In this document: one piece after another, positions 31,898 to 32,000 of the stretch
Layout: the number at the start of each line of letters is the position of its first letter
Position numbering within the stretch: the stretch's first letter is position 1
DNA from: Candidatus Diapherotrites archaeon CG08_land_8_20_14_0_20_30_16
GTDB lineage: Archaea; Iainarchaeota; Iainarchaeia; Iainarchaeales; 0-14-0-20-30-16
Length of the DNA stretch: 32,000 nt
Direction: 5' to 3'
NCBI GenBank assembly: GCA_002779075.1
Contig: PEXK01000050.1
Location: 35,784 to 67,783, forward strand
Notes under the pieces: model-generated
What the model was told of the DNA's origin: nothing
Seen by the model: only the letters and a program-made list of their open reading frames with translations
The model's database searches: none
Translations under genes and position numbers: made by a program

Positions 31898-32000
31898 TCT
31901 ACGGTATATCAAAAAAAGAAAATACCGCATTGCTATAAGCGATTGCATAGCAAATATATGCGAAAGTATACTAAAAAAATATTGAAAATTATATTATTTT

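Noticed and set aside
1-32000. Search for tRNA, rRNA, CRISPR arrays and tandem repeats
   Set aside because: None of the intergenic gaps contains a G+C-rich 70-90-nt island with cloverleaf-compatible stems. No regularly spaced direct repeats of 24-40 nt were seen. The only periodic signal is the codon-level D-[YF]-N repeat inside the protease gene.

Overview
This is an AT-rich, very compact stretch of archaeal chromosome. By my ORF assignment about 93% is coding, and sampled 60-nt lines of ordinary genes carry about 17 G+C. The gene content is archaeal information processing: PriS primase with an overlapping GINS gene, family-B DNA polymerase, aIF2 alpha, aIF2 beta, aIF1A, ArgRS, type-2 MetAP, a PUA/Tma20-like protein, a PAC2 proteasome chaperone, Rad50, HerA, an archaeal MiaB-like enzyme and an RtcA-like protein. 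The style (overlapping or abutting genes, Lys/Asn/Ile-rich proteins, a 1153-aa membrane-anchored S8 protease with a low-complexity region) fits a small-genome DPANN-type archaeon; that placement is inference. I call 29 intact CDS and one frameshifted CDS. I found no rRNA, tRNA, CRISPR array or intact mobile element. Many genes have a TATA-like element about 25 nt upstream of the start codon, which implies leaderless mRNAs. No complete novel system is demonstrable from sequence alone. The best candidates are: (1) rad50 without mre11, bracketed by a HEAT-like and a JAMM/MPN-like gene that both have raised G+C, Arg-rich composition and similar basic tails, with rad50 and the HEAT-like gene sharing one palindromic TATA box; (2) a third ORFan with the same kind of tail, translationally coupled to polB; (3) a promoter-proximal sequence module found twice upstream of priS and again 7.6 kb away, pointing antisense into argS, at the edge of the only large noncoding gap; (4) two apparent pseudoenzymes, a geranylgeranyl-reductase homolog with degenerate FAD motifs and an RtcA homolog without the nucleophilic His; (5) tandem YkgJ-like Cys-cluster paralogs, one interrupted at an A7 tract; (6) a D-[YF]-N repeat region inside the surface protease.
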